Positions 27,589 through 41,170 of a stretch of DNA of 64,000 bases are shown piece by piece. The stretch lies in the NCBI RefSeq assembly GCF_009914755.1, contig NC_060926.1; one strand, 5' to 3'. The position numbers and the translations under genes are program-made. Origin of the DNA: the human T2T-CHM13v2.0 reference genome, Homo sapiens. The stretch's first letter is position 1. Each line of letters opens with the position of its first letter. The notes under the pieces were generated by a model. The model was not told the origin of the DNA and did not search any database. It saw only the letters and a list, made by a program, of their open reading frames with translations.

Positions 27589-28689
27589 ACTGACATCCAA
27601 AGGCTAAATGCATGAGAAAACCAGTGGGCAGCTATCTACTCATTCATTCATTCATTCATGTAGCATCCAGTGTTTGAACACTGAGCACTGACTGACTACT
27701 TGGTTATTTGTAGACTGAAACTCCTCCTGCTGGGCTGAGCAGCAGTTTGGTCTGTGCACATTAATTCTACACTCCACCCATTGAGGCCATGTGGCACAGT
27801 GGCTAGGTGGTTAACAATGTAACTCTCTTCTGCATACTCTTTTTAAAGGTCCAACTGAGTCTATAGGGGTGAACTGCAGAGTAAGACAGAATCCTAGATG
27901 AACTGGTTGCTCATGCCTTAGCTTATGGAGGCAGTGGTGACCTTGGTCTGGAGGGAAGGAAGAAATGACACCAGGGCAAATCTTTCTGCCACTAGCTCAA
28001 CACCTGCCTCAACAGCCAGGATAATGGCAGCCAGAATGTTCATGGCAAGGAAGTGGGGTCTGAGAGACCTGGTCATGGGGGCCAGAGGTCAGCATTGAGA
28101 GGTAACAGTTGAGCTAATATGGGCAGGACTCATGACTTCTTGCTTGGCATTCCACATGGTGAACCACCTCCTCAGTGAGGCTTTCTCCCTACCATACCAT
28201 AATAGGAAATTACCTGAATACTACTGGTCACCATTTTTCTATTGTAAAGGAGTTTGGCTAGTACAGTCTCAACAAACTTCTTAATAAAGTTGCCTGTAAA
28301 ATAGGTTCACCTGATAACTACATCATCTTGTACATGAGGCATATTTAAAGACTCAAGTGTCTAGGCTGGGCTGAGATAAGAACTCATAAAATGCACGAAA
28401 AGATCCAAATGACTCGTGTCTGCAAATATATCCCAAAAATATTTTCTACACTCTTTTGGTATGTCTAGCTCTGATTGAACCAGGAAAAACCAGATGTTAA
28501 GAGAAAAAAAAATACCATGAAACAATTTGTCTGACAATTTTACAAAAACAAAGAAGAGATTAGATCATTCATTTCTCAAAATTCCAGAGTGCCTACTCTG
28601 ATCTAAGTGGGTCTGCTTATCTGAAATTATACAACAATCATGCCTAATGCCAAATCTACTTTCTACAAAAGATATGGGGAGCTTTGTTT

Positions 28690-28930
28690 CATCTCTGTAA
28701 TAATATTAACTAATATGGTGAAGTACTTTAAAGTTTATAAATCATTGTTATATTCATTATATCACTGGAGTTATTCAAAACCCTTCAAGGTTGTGAGGGC
28801 ATATTTTATTACTATATTTATACTTAACTGAGGAAACTGAGACTCAGGGAAGTCCGCCATAGATAGTGTATTATTTTTATACTTAAGACTTACAAGCCAA
28901 ATCCAGTCCTCTTTCCATTACTCCCTACCA
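28690..28930 (-). mobile_element. MIR
   Basis: ctgaggaaactgagactcaggga. Confidence 0.6.
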
Positions 28931-28996
28931 CTTCCACACCACAATTTTCTTTCCTTTTTAAAAAAAAATTGTATTATTTAAAAATAGAAATTTATT

Positions 28997-29381
28997 CTTC
29001 AGCTCCATCTGGGTCTATATTCTAAACAAGTAAAACTACTGTCTTGAGTAGATATTTGCACTTCCATATTCATTGCAGCCTTATTCCCAATTGTCAAATA
29101 CGGAAACAACCTAAGTGTAGACAGATAAATGGACAAAGAAAATGTGTTATATACAAACAATGGAATATTATTCAACCTTAAAAAAGAAGCAAATGTCTCA
29201 AGTGTTCTCACCACAAACACACATACAAATGGTCATTACTGTGTAAGATGATGGCTATGTTAATTAGCTTAATTGTACTAATCACTGCACAAGGTATAAT
29301 ATATCAAAACATCACATTACATGCACTAAATACATACAATTTTTATTTTTCAATCATACTTCCATAAAGCTGAATAAAAGA
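28997..29381 (+). mobile_element. L1MA-type 3' end with internal deletion
   Basis: ttcattgcagccttattc...aagtgttctcaccaca...ataaagctg; TSD aaaatagaaatttatt (28981-28996) / aaaatggaaacttatt (29382-29397). Confidence 0.8.
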
Positions 29382-32300
29382 AAAATGGAAACTTATTGAG
29401 AGGAAAAAAATCTGTCAAATAAGTACATTGTGTTGTGAAGATAAACAGAGGTTATCAATTTTCTCCATTTTTCAGTTTTTATGTCTGAATTAAAAAATTT
29501 TACCTTATTTTATCTACATAGATCTTAGAAAAAAATGACAAGTCCTCCTAGAAAAACATGAATGATGAAGCCTAAATCTGACCTGTTTCTGCCTCTGTGT
29601 GCTGGAGGAATGAGTTAATAGTTCTGGGCTAGTGAAGTTTCATTTGAAACACTTAGCAAGTTCACGGCATGATTTTATTTTTGAGCTGAGTTCTTGTAAT
29701 TTATTTTAATTTTTAAAACGATTTTTATTCATCAAACAATTGGCCAAAAATATTTACTTTTAGTTCTATGCTAGAATCTGAGGCAGACTTGGATATACAA
29801 GATACAGTCTACTCCCCAGTTGTTTTGAATCAGCGTGCGAAGGCCAGGTACACCAGAGGCCAGCACCCAGGCGGCAGGTCCCTGGATGAAGCCACAGGAT
29901 AGAATAGGGAGAATGGGCCAGGATAGTCAGCAAAGCCTGCGTGTGAGGAGAATGTCGGCAGAGACCATCTGCTGGAGCTAGGCTCTCAGTAACTTGCTGT
30001 CAGAGAGGATACATGTGCATCAAAAACATCAGAGCCATAAACCTGATGTTTGGAACTTGGGTCATCAAATCTGTTTAGTTGTTATTTTCCTTTCCTATCT
30101 GGAGGAAAACTAAGGTCTAGAAAAGTTCCTTGGACATGATTCTTTTTAATTGACTAATTAAAAACATTTTATTTTACAACACTTCTACTTCCAAAATACA
30201 TAAATATAGATCCCATTAATTCTTCCCGTCATGCCCAAGACGAGCACAGGGCTTCCTCTCTTCAGGTGGGGAAGCAACTTCCTGGAGGTGTTCATCTGCA
30301 TGCTGCTGACTGCGGGAACCAGTCCTTTTCTTTATTTTTTTTCTTTTTACCTTGAATTTATTTCAGATGGCATATTTTGGATCATTCACACAAAATATGA
30401 AAAACAGAGCATAGTTATTGTTTTGTTAAGATGAAAAAAATAAAGACTTAGATAAGTAGATGATCATTTTTGAAAATACCATTAAGCACATACTTAAGTA
30501 TCAAAAACTTCAAGTCAAATCTTATTACAGTGTATTTCAAAAGCAAAGCTCAAATCACTGTGGTTGAATTGCATTTCATAAAATATTTGTTGAAATAAAT
30601 GTCATTGAAACATCATTATACAGTTATTTTCTTTTCCTATTTATTGTCTTCTCATATTCTTCTCTTTCTTTCTACTCTGGGCTCATTAATTGTCCAGTGG
30701 GGGTGTGTGTGAGTGTATGTGGGTGTTTGTGTGCATGTGTGCTTTGTTTTGGCTTTTTTCCATTATAATATTCTGTCACTCTTCTTATCCACACTTCTAA
30801 AGGGTGGAAATAAAAAACAGGAACTTGGACAAACCTCACCGAATATTGACCTTAGAATCTTGAGATTTAACACAAAAGCCTAGCAGTTTCCTCCAAGTTC
30901 ACATGGAAAATTAACAATCTTTGTTCTATATTACATGACCGCCATGTCAAAAATCTTAATTCTAGAACAGGTCCAACACAGCTGGGCTATTTCAAGGCTG
31001 CAAAGAATTCCTGATAAGGCCTGTCATGGCTAGATTGGGTCCTCTCTTTGGGGTAAAGTAAGTGCAAGTTGACATCTGAGGGATGGAGAGCTTCCCTGGA
31101 GCCATCGAGTTTCCTCAAACTGAAACCCCTGCAGTATCTTTTATTCTCTTCTTTGCTCCACACAAATCACAGCAACAAATACAAATGCATCAAACTTCTG
31201 CTATAAACTTTAATAGCCTTGGGCCCTCTTCGATTTGGACCACTGCAAAAGTTTGAATTACATTTGATGTTTTAAATTTTAAAAAATATCAGTGCCCAAG
31301 GAGATGGCCTTTCAATTGCATGGTTTAGCAGTCTCATGTGAGTATATGCTTCCTAAACAAAGGATATGTTGCAAATGTTAACACTGCTTTTACCAGAAAT
31401 CAGCTTCTGTGCAAACTTCTTTCTGTTTTAGCAGGGAGCCATCATTATGCCCATTTTGCATATGAAGGACTTGAGGGTCAATTAATTGGATTTACTTGCT
31501 CAAGATCACAGGGCTCCTATTTACTTGCTCAAGGTCAGGAGACCTGGACACATTCCCCTTTCTCTTTCAGAAAGCAAAGTCAGGTCCCAACCTGCTGAGG
31601 AGCTTGAGCCTCTCTCAGGTGGCTAAGGAGTCCAGGCAGGGTCCTTCAGGAGGAGTAGTCAAGAGCAGGCCAGGATGTGGTGTAGGCATCAACTTTGGAA
31701 AGCACAGAGTGGAAAGTGGGTTTCTGAGCATGGAATTTTCTAGAAGGGAGAGCTGCACAGAAATGCACAAAGAGTACTGATTGTTTGCCCATGGCCAGCT
31801 GAGAGAGACCTGCACACAAGACTTCTTGGGCCAGCTGTCATTGAATCAAAATTTAGAGAGTAAAAAGCAACTTGCTCTCCCAATACCACTGGCCCCTCAC
31901 TCAAAGACTCCTGTATTCCCCATTAGCCAGTTAAGCACAATACTTGTCCCCCTCCACGACCCCCTAGGAGGACTTGCTTGCCCAACTCTGCATTTTGGTT
32001 GGGTCTTAGATTTGCTTTCCTGCAGCTGCTTGCTCAATTCCCTCCTGTGGGTAATTGGGGGATGTCTTTAAAACCAGCAGACACCTTCCAGGGTCATGCT
32101 TGAGGAAGGAAACTGAACAACTTGGCTTGTCAGGAATTCCACCCCAAGAAAAAACCCCTAGTTAAAGAGCAGCCAAGGTGGGAGGGCACGATTTCCTATC
32201 TGGATCCCCTTTCTTTCCATCAAGCCCATAAATCTGAATCCATTTTTCTCCCACTATAGGTTTTGCTTTCCTGTAACTGGTCCCTAATACCCCAGACAGT

Positions 32301-32978
32301 TGTCTTCACTTAGGCTCTTGGCTGGTTATGCAATGACTTCTGCCTCCAAATCAGCAAAGATCAAATCCTCTCTGCTATCTGATAACACTCTCCCTGCCTC
32401 CCACTCGGGAGTTGATGAAGGCCCCTAAAGAATAACTGGGTCTTCTCTTCAACTCAAGCATTTGAAGGAAAATCACTAAGAGTTTTGCTTTTCTTTGCCC
32501 TCCAGAAAATATGACTGCTTATCCCTTTTTTGTTGTTGTTGTTTTCTAAAACCCTTGATGTTGCAGACTTCACTTACCTCCAAAAGGAACCTCACAAACC
32601 CTCTCTGCAAGCACTTGCTGTGGGAATTGGCAATTTCACAAATTGGGTTTTTCTCGTTTTAAGCTGATGAGTTGGACCCAACTAGCACACTCCACTTTCT
32701 CTACTAAGAACCACCCTCTGTGTTAAGGAAATAACCTCCACACTCTAGAATACTTACTCTCCCTTTAAAGGAGATCCTGATTCCATGTTTCCCAACCAGC
32801 TCCTGAAGTACATGTGTAAATAACCTCCGATTACCCTTTCCTCCCAGATGGCAGACAGAGTCAAACACACAGTTTAAAAGTAATGTGCATAATGAATTTT
32901 GTATGTGCTCAAGGGATTATCAAAGTGTAGCCTTTAATGGGTAATATAACTCCCCGGAATCTATACATTTATCTCGGG

Positions 32979-33015
32979 GTGTGTGTGTGTGTGTGTGCAT
33001 GCTTGCACACACACA
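32979..33015. repeat. (GT)n...(CA)n self-complementary microsatellite
   Basis: gtgtgtgtgtgcatgcttgcacacacaca. Confidence 0.85.
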
Positions 33016-33029
33016 GTCATTTATAAGGT

Positions 33030-33560
33030 AAGACTGTTAAATGGCTCAGTCTTCTCCACCATAAAGTCCAGATATCTTTATCAGAGCTGCTAGGTCATTC
33101 AGGATCCAATCTCTGTTTACCTCCAGACTCAAATTCCCATTCTCCCTTCTCAGCTATGATTTCTCAATTCCAACTACATTGAACAATTAATAATTTCTGA
33201 AAAGTATTAATCAAATATCTGGATGCCTGCACATGCTGTTTATCTGTCTGGCATGTCTCCCCTACCCCAATTCTCATCTGCCTCACACACACCTGACTAC
33301 CCTATGGCTCTCAGCTGGGAAGAACAGATCCCTGATCTTTAACTTCAGCTGTTGGCCTCTCCTCTGTGGTCCTATCACTCCTAGCACTGAGCCCCAGAGA
33401 AGCACCTATCCCACTGTATTAAGATAATGTATTTACTTCCCAGTCTTTCCTTGAGGAAAGGAACTATGACTTGCTATAATCATATCTGCACTTACTTATA
33501 TAGTGCCTGCCTGGCTTGTAGCAGCTATTCAGTAAAATAGTCATTGAATGAAGAAATAAT
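33030..33560 (+). mobile_element. L2 3' fragment
   Basis: cttgaggaaaggaactatgact...tagtgcctg...ttgaatgaa. Confidence 0.6.
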
Positions 33561-35289
33561 TGGATCAATTAATTATTCAAGAGATGTTATTGCAAGAACC
33601 TGAGCAGAGAGCCCTATGCATATCATTCTATTATAATGTCTCTGCTACATTTTAATTCTTGCTGGGATCACGCTGTCATGAAAGGGATTAAGATCAGAGG
33701 TGCTTATCTAAGCACTGCATGTTTCCTTCAGGAATAGGACAACAACCCTCCTTTTATTTCTCTCATTTTTAACTTTCAAACCTTTGGATTTGACATGTAT
33801 AGCATGTCATAGTGGCGAATATAAAGACAAACTCTGGAGGCACAGAGTCACCTTTCCAAGCACTTTACTTCCCCATTGCATTCTTCCCCACTTCTGTTTC
33901 CCAGGACAAAAACCAGAGTGCCATCTTCACCTTTGCTCTGTCATCAGGTTCATCTATGTTTTTCCCTCTTAAAGAAAGACAATCTATAGCAATCTCTCTT
34001 CCCTTCATTTTTTCTAAAGCCACCATTCTAGATAGGTTCTCCATAGGTTCACAACTGGACATACACAATTAATTAATTCCTTCTTTCAATAAATATTTAC
34101 TAAATAGCTGCTGCGTGCCCAGTAGGCACTGTGCAAGCTCTCTTCTTGCTTCCAGTCTTGGTCCTGTGACCCATCTGACATATACTACCAGACCAAGCTA
34201 TCCAAATACCATACATGATATCCAACCCTTCCTTTTCAAGGCCTCCTTGGTTTCATTTGCTTTAGTCTGTGAAGATGAGACTAAGGCCAGGTTCTTTTCC
34301 TCCAATTAAATGTGCACTATGCAGTGAACAAAGCACCAGAAGTGGCTAAAACTGAAGGAAACTTTATTGCCTCCACATGTCACTCCTAGGACCACAGGAA
34401 AGAGAGAGTCTCAGTCCAAAGGGGCATAAGAGTTGACACTCTTATGACACCAGGTGGAGAGTAATCACGTGTGTGTGTGTGTCATGTCAGGGCAGCGATA
34501 GAGATTGGAGGAATGCTGGACACTTCCAGCAGCCTGCTGTACCTTAAGAACTATTGGAGTAATTACTCAAGGCTTCTTCAAAGGCCATCATAGTAGTTAT
34601 AACAAACCAGAACACTGGCAGGGATCTGATCTGACGGGTGTCTTGTTGTGTCTGGTTGCCACAAGGAGAAAGCCAGGGGACTCTTCTTACTATGGAACTA
34701 CCTGTACATTGACACCCAATTTGTCCAGAAATGACTAACTCATCAAATCTTTCAATGCATCTCATTAGTCAGTAGTCACATATTTGTAATTTGAATAAAT
34801 TATTTACACCAAAATTCAACCAACTACTCAGTGTTGCACATTGTTTCCATTTTAATTAGAACCCACGGGCTTCAACAGATTTAGAGAACAGTCTGATGAA
34901 TATAAGTAGAGACCATCATTACAATGATAATTTACTTGGAAGAATAACATCCCACAAGGGAAATTTGATCCATGTTATCTGCTACAGAAAATTTCAGAGG
35001 CTTTTGTTCGGCCTTTGATGCCTTCTGTAGTAGGGTCCCGACCACTTCAGTTTCCCTCACACCTCCCCAACACATGCACCACTCATGCTGGTCCTTGTTC
35101 TGTCCCACCGATATGCCAGTCCTACTTTGGAGTTCATGTGCTTAAGCACATAGCCTTCCAATCTCCTTGACAACCTCTGCATATTGAAAATACTCACCCT
35201 TTGGGACTCAGCTCAAGTTAGGTCTCCTTGGTGACAGATTCAACTATATCAGCTCCTCCTCCTCTTAATTCCTTTAGCTCCTAACTGTT

Positions 35290-35462
35290 CTCTATTTAAC
35301 AGCAATTATTGAGTCCTTGCTATGTCTCAAGAACTATTCTAAGTGCTGTACATGCATTTGCTCATTTAATTTTAATGACAACCCTTTAAGGTAAGTACAA
35401 TTACATCCCCATTTTACAAAATGAACTAAGGCACAGAAGAATTAAATAAATTGTCCAAGGTC
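35290..35462 (-). mobile_element. MIR (continues briefly after the MLT1 at about 36071)
   Basis: ctcatttaatttt...ccccattttacaaaatgaactaaggcacaga. Confidence 0.7.
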
Positions 35463-36070
35463 TGTGCTCTATTTATCTGTTACTGCATAATAAACACCTC
35501 AAATTTAGTGACATAAAACAGCAACTGTTTTATTATGCTCATGAATTCTGAAGGTCAAGCAGAGTAGGGGTATCTTCTTTCTGCTCCATGATAGTTGCAT
35601 CTCAGCTAGGAGGACGGAACTGACTAGGCGGTGACTTGAATGCTAAGTAGCTGGAATCATCTGGACTCTCCTTCATTAATATGTCTGGTCCTTAGAGCTG
35701 GATAATGCAAAAGCTGAGCTCTGCTGAGACTATCAACTGGAGCACCTACCCATGGCCTGCCCATGGGTCATGGGCTTCTCACAGCCTGATGGCTGGGTTC
35801 CTACAGGACATGTTCTGAGAGGAAACAACCAGACAGTGAGAAGAGATGAAAGCATAGAATTCAAGTCTTCTTCTGAACATACCCTCTGAAGTCATGCAGT
35901 GTCATGTCTGCCTCAGTCTATGATGACAAATGAGTCACTGAGATCAGTCCAGATTCAAGAAAGGAATCAGACTCTACTTCTTGCTGGTGGAGTGATGAGG
36001 TCATACTGCAGAAGAACATGTGGGATGAGATATGTTATTGTGGCCATCTTTAAAAAATGCAACCTGACAC
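35463..36070 (-). mobile_element. MLT1F/G-type MaLR LTR
   Basis: atctgttactgcataataaacacctcaaatttagtg...gctggaatcatctgga...ggccatcttt...caca. Confidence 0.8.
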
Positions 36071-36249
36071 AGTCTTGAAGCTTAAAAGTGACAGAACCAG
36101 GCTGTTGCATATTTGTTAGTTTTTTTTCTCCTAAGATACAGTGTAAGATCTTTTACAGCTGAAATTATAGCTTGAGTTTCTGACACTATATGATAAAAAA
36201 ATTCATAAGCCAAAATAAATGTTGTTATTAATTATCTAGAAGAAACCAG

Positions 36250-36420
36250 AGAGAAGGGATAGTTAAATGGTATGGGCTGTCTTTTGAGGTGATGAAAATG
36301 TTCTACAATAAACTCTGGTAATGATTACATATATATCTACAGTAAAGGCCATTGAACCGTACAATTTAAACAGGTAAAATATATGGTGTATGAACTATAT
36401 CTCAATTAAACTATTTTTAA
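36250..36420 (+). mobile_element. L1M 3' end fragment
   Basis: gaggtgatgaaaatgttcta...tgaactatatctcaattaaa. Confidence 0.7.
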
Positions 36421-38730
36421 GACAAAGTATAAATTAAGACATTCCCAGATAAGTAAAAAATTGAGAGGGTTTAATACTAGTAGACATGCTCTACAAGAAA
36501 TGCTAAAGTGAATCCTTCAGACTGAAGTGAAAGGACAAGAGTCAATAACTTGAATCCCAATGGAGAAATAAAGAATATTAGTAAGGATAAATAAATAGAA
36601 AAATATAAAAGTTAGAATAAATGTATTTTGGGTTTGTAACTTCTCTTTTTTCCTATGTGATTTAAAACACAACTACATAAAACAATAAATATAAATCTAT
36701 GTCAGTTGGGATACAATATATAAACATGTAATTCAATAGGGAAAACTAAGCTATATAGGGGGAAATTTTTATATACCATTGAAACTATTTTGGTACTAAT
36801 TTGAACTAGATTGTTATAAATGAAGACATTAATTGTAACCCCCAAGGCAACCACTAATAAAATAACTAACGCAGAACACAGTGTAAAATAAATAAAGAGG
36901 TAATCAAAATGTCATGCTAGTAGACATCAATTTCACACGAAAGAAGACAGTAAGGGAGGAATTCAGCAACAAAAAAAAAATATGACATATGGAGTAAAAG
37001 GTAACAAAATGGCAGAAGTAAGTTTTACCTCATCAGTAATTATATTAAATGCAAGACTCAGATTCTCTAATTAAAAGGCTGATATTGAAGAACGGATTTT
37101 TTAAAAAGTTATCCAACTATATGCTGTCTACAAGAGACTCACTGTAGATACAAAACAGCTTGAAAGTGAAAGGACAGAAAAAGACATTCCATACAACAAT
37201 AACTAAAATAGAGCTTAAGTATCTATATGAATATCATATAAAATAGGTTTAAGGCCAAAAATTGCTACAAGAGATTAAAAAAGGATATTGTATAGTGATA
37301 AACAGGCCAATTTTAAGAAGACATATAAATTAAAAATATATACACACCTAACTTCAGAACCCCAAAATATATGAAGGAAACATGGACAGAATTAAAGAGA
37401 AAAAGAGAAAATTCCACAATAATAGTTGGAGAGTGTAATACCCTGCTTTCAATAATGAGTAGAACAACTCGACAGAAGATCAGTAAGAAAGTACAAGACT
37501 TGAACTATACTATAAACCAACTAGACCTAACAGACATCTACAAAACACTCCACACAACAACAGGAGACATATTTTCTTAAGAACACATAAAACATTCTCC
37601 AGAATAATCATATGTGAGGTCACAAGTCTCAATAAACTTAAAAAGATGGAAATCATACAAAAGTATCCTTTCTAATTACAACAGAATGAAACTAGAAATC
37701 AGTAACAGAAGAAAATCTGAAAATTCCAAAAATGTATGAAAATTAAACAACACACTCTTAAACAGTTAATGGATCAAAACAGGAATCACAGAGAAATTAG
37801 AAAATACTTTGAGACAAATCTAACTAAAAATGCAGCATACCAAAACTGATAGGATATAGTGAATGCAGTGCTTACATAGAATATATGATTATGTGTCTAT
37901 ATTTCTTAAAAGAAAGATCTCAAACCAATAACTTAGCTTTACACCTTACAGAACTAGAAAAAGAAGAGCACACTAAACTGAAAGCTAGCAGAATTAAGAA
38001 AATAAAAAGAGTGAAGATATATGAAATAGAGAAAAGAAAAAAAAAAGTTGATTCTTTGAAAAACAAATCAACAAAATTGACCTGACAAACCCAGAAAAAA
38101 GAGAAGACACAAATTACTAAAATCACAAATAAAAGTGGGTATATTGCTAATAAGCTTACAGAAATAAAAAGGATTATGAGAAAATACTACGAACATTTAT
38201 ATGCAATCAAGTAAGATAGCCAAGATAAAATGAATAAATTCTTAGAAGGAAAAAATTACCAAATGTGACTCAAAAAGAAATAGAAAACCTGAACAGACCT
38301 ATAATAAGTAAAGAGATTGAATCAGTAATCAAAAAACTTCCAACAAAAAAAAATCCCAGGTTTCATTGGTGGACTCTACTAAAGTGCTTGTAAAAGTAAC
38401 ACCAATTCTTCTCAAATTCTTCCAAAACTTGGAAGAAGAGGATGAAATACTTTCTGATTTATTCTATGAAGCCATTATTCCCCTGATTTTAAAGCCAAAG
38501 AAAACTATAAACCAATATCCTTTGTGAATATAGATGCAAAATTTCTCAACAAATATTATCAAACTGAATCCAACAACACATTAAAAGGATTTTATATCAT
38601 GACCAAATTGCATTTATTCAAAGAATGCAAGGGTGGTTCAACATAAGAAAAGAAGCCAAGGTACTATACTATATTAATAGAAAGAAAGGAGGGAAACCCC
38701 ATATGATCACCTCATTGATGGAGAAAGAGC

Positions 38731-38766
<36 letters not shown>

Positions 38767-38840
38767 CACCCTTCCAGGATTAAAAAAAATCAATCTACAA
38801 GCTAGGAATAGAAAATAATTTCCTCAAAACAAAAAAGGAG
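36421..38840 (+). mobile_element. L1M (L1MB-like) ORF1 end, inter-ORF region and ORF2 N-terminal half
   Basis: ORF 37371..37580 STIIVGECNTLLS...LNYTINQLDLTDIYKTLH is the L1 endonuclease; tatgctgtctacaagagactcac; A28 run at 38734-38761. Confidence 0.85.
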
Positions 38841-38845
38841 ATGAA

Positions 38846-40855
38846 GGGATTAAGATGGTGGACAGGAAGTAGGACTAACTTGCAGCTCCCACTCAAATGG
38901 GCAGAGCAGCATGTAGAGACTCATATCGTAAACTTTTGCTCCAAGAACTACCACATGAACATACCAAGAAAGCCAAGAGAATCCACAGACTTTTGAAGGA
39001 ACTGGATTACCACTGCAGACTCCCTGAGATGCCAAAAAACTGTGAGTCTGCTTGCTTTCTCAATGGGGGAGGCTCGTGGTCTGGGGCAAGTTCTCAGCCC
39101 TGGTCACTGGCTGCCTGGAAATAGACTCAAACTCTCAGCCCTGGTGCTGTTGGGGTGCATGGTGGGAGTGAGATTGGCCTTTAGGACTGTGGGCTGTATA
39201 GGAGTGGGGTGAGGCCTGTGACTGCAGGCTTTTCTTCACTTCCCTCATGACCTGTATGACTCACCAGAGGCAGCCATAATCCCCCTGGGAATGTAACTCC
39301 ATTGAACTGGGTACCACACCCCCATTTCCCACATGCAGCAAGCCCCACCCAAGGAGAAGCTGAGCTCAGACATGCCTATCCCTGCCCCGACCTGGTGGTC
39401 TTTCTCCACCCACTCTGGTAGCCAGAGACAAAGATCATAATCTCTTAGGAGCTCTATGGCCCTGCCCACTGCCTAAGAAACCTGAATACTTAACCCAGGT
39501 GTCTCTAGGGCAAGTTTGCATCCTCCCTATAGGACTGCAGCTGATACACTCTTGAAATTGCCACCTCCTGTCTGGAGGCCAAACCAATACAAAGCCAGCG
39601 CGCTAAACAACAAAACCAAGAACCCTCACAGAGTCCACTTCACTCCCCTGCTACCCCCACAAGAGCAGGTGCTGGTATCCACAGCTGCAAGATTTGAAAA
39701 TGGGTCACATCACAGGACTCTTTCCAGACCAGCCCAGAGCTCGGTAGCTGTGCTGTGTGGCTAGACCCAACAGAGCAAAAACGATCACTGCAGTTCAGAT
39801 CTCAGGAAACCCCATTCCTAGGGGAAGGCAGAGAACACCACATCACTAAAGCACCCCGTGGGACAAAATAATCTAAACAACAGCCCTTGAATCCCAGATC
39901 TTCCCTTTGATCTTCCCTCAGTCTACCCAAATAAGAAGGAACCAGAAAAACAATTCTGGTAATATGACAAAACAAGGTTCGTTAACACTCCCATACCAGC
40001 TCACCAGCAATGGATCCAAACCAAGATGAAATCTCTGAATTGCCAGAAAAAGAATTCAGAAGGTTGATTATTAAGCTAATCAAGGAGGCACCAGAAAAAG
40101 GTGAAGTCCAACTTAAAGAAATCAAAATAATGATACAGGATATGAAAAGAAAATTCTTCAGTGAAGTAGGTAGCATAAATAAAAAACAGTCACAACTTCT
40201 GAAAAATCAAGGACACACTTAGAGAAATGAAAAATGCACTGGAAAGTCTCAGCAATAGAATTGAACAAGCAGAAGAAATAACTTCAGAGCTCAAAGACAA
40301 GGCTTTTGAATTAACCTAATCCATCAAAAACAAAGAAAAAAAAGAATTTTAGAAACTGAACAAAGCCTCCAAGAAGTTTGGTACTATGTTAAACGTCCAA
40401 ACCTAAGAATAATTGGTTTCCCGAGAAAGAAGAGAAATCTAAAAGATTGGAAAATGTCTTTGAGAGAATAATCAAGAAGAGCTTCCTCAACCTTGCTAGA
40501 GATATAGATATCCAAGTACAAGAAGCTCAGAGAACACGTGGGAAATTCATTGCAAAAAGATCATCAACTAGGCACATAGTCATCGGGTTATATAAAGTCA
40601 AGACAAAGGAAAGAAGAGCTATGAGGCAAAAGCATCAGGTAACCTATAAAGGAAAACCTATCAGATTAACAGCAGATTTCTCAGAAGAAACCCTACAAGC
40701 TAGAAGGGAGTGGGGTCCTATTTTTAGCCTCCTTAAACAAAACAATTCTCAGCCAAGAATTTTGTATCCACTGAAACTAAATTTCATAAATGAAGGAAAG
40801 ATACAGTCTTTTCCAGGCAAACTAATGCTGAGAGAATTCACCACTACCAAGCAAG
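38846..40855 (+). mobile_element. L1PBa-type 5'UTR and ORF1, 3'-truncated
   Basis: gggattaagatggtggacaggaagtaggactaacttgcagc 5' end; ORF1 pieces ISELPEKEFRRLIIK and QVTYKGKPIRLTADFSEETLQARREW. Confidence 0.9.
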
Positions 40856-40861
40856 GACCAG

Positions 40862-41170
40862 ACTGAAAGAAGCCAGTCACATAAGGCCACAAAGTGTATG
40901 ATTCCATTTATATAAAATATCCAAAATAAGTAAATCCATAGAGACAGAACGTAGATTAATGGTTGCCAGGGTTTCAGGGGAGAGGGAGAGGAGGAGTGAA
41001 CACTTTACAGGTACAGGGTTTCTTTTGGGGTAAAACAAATTCTAGAATTAGGTAGTGGTGATGGCCGTACACCATTATAAATGTTCTCAAATCCACTGAA
41101 TCGTAAATTCTGAAATAGCTAAAATGGCAAATCTTATGCAATGTAAATTTTATCTCAATAAAAAAAAATT
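40862..41170 (+). mobile_element. L1MB-type 3'UTR
   Basis: gaaagaagccagtcaca...gtaaatccatagagacagaa...attttatctcaataaaaaa. Confidence 0.85.
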
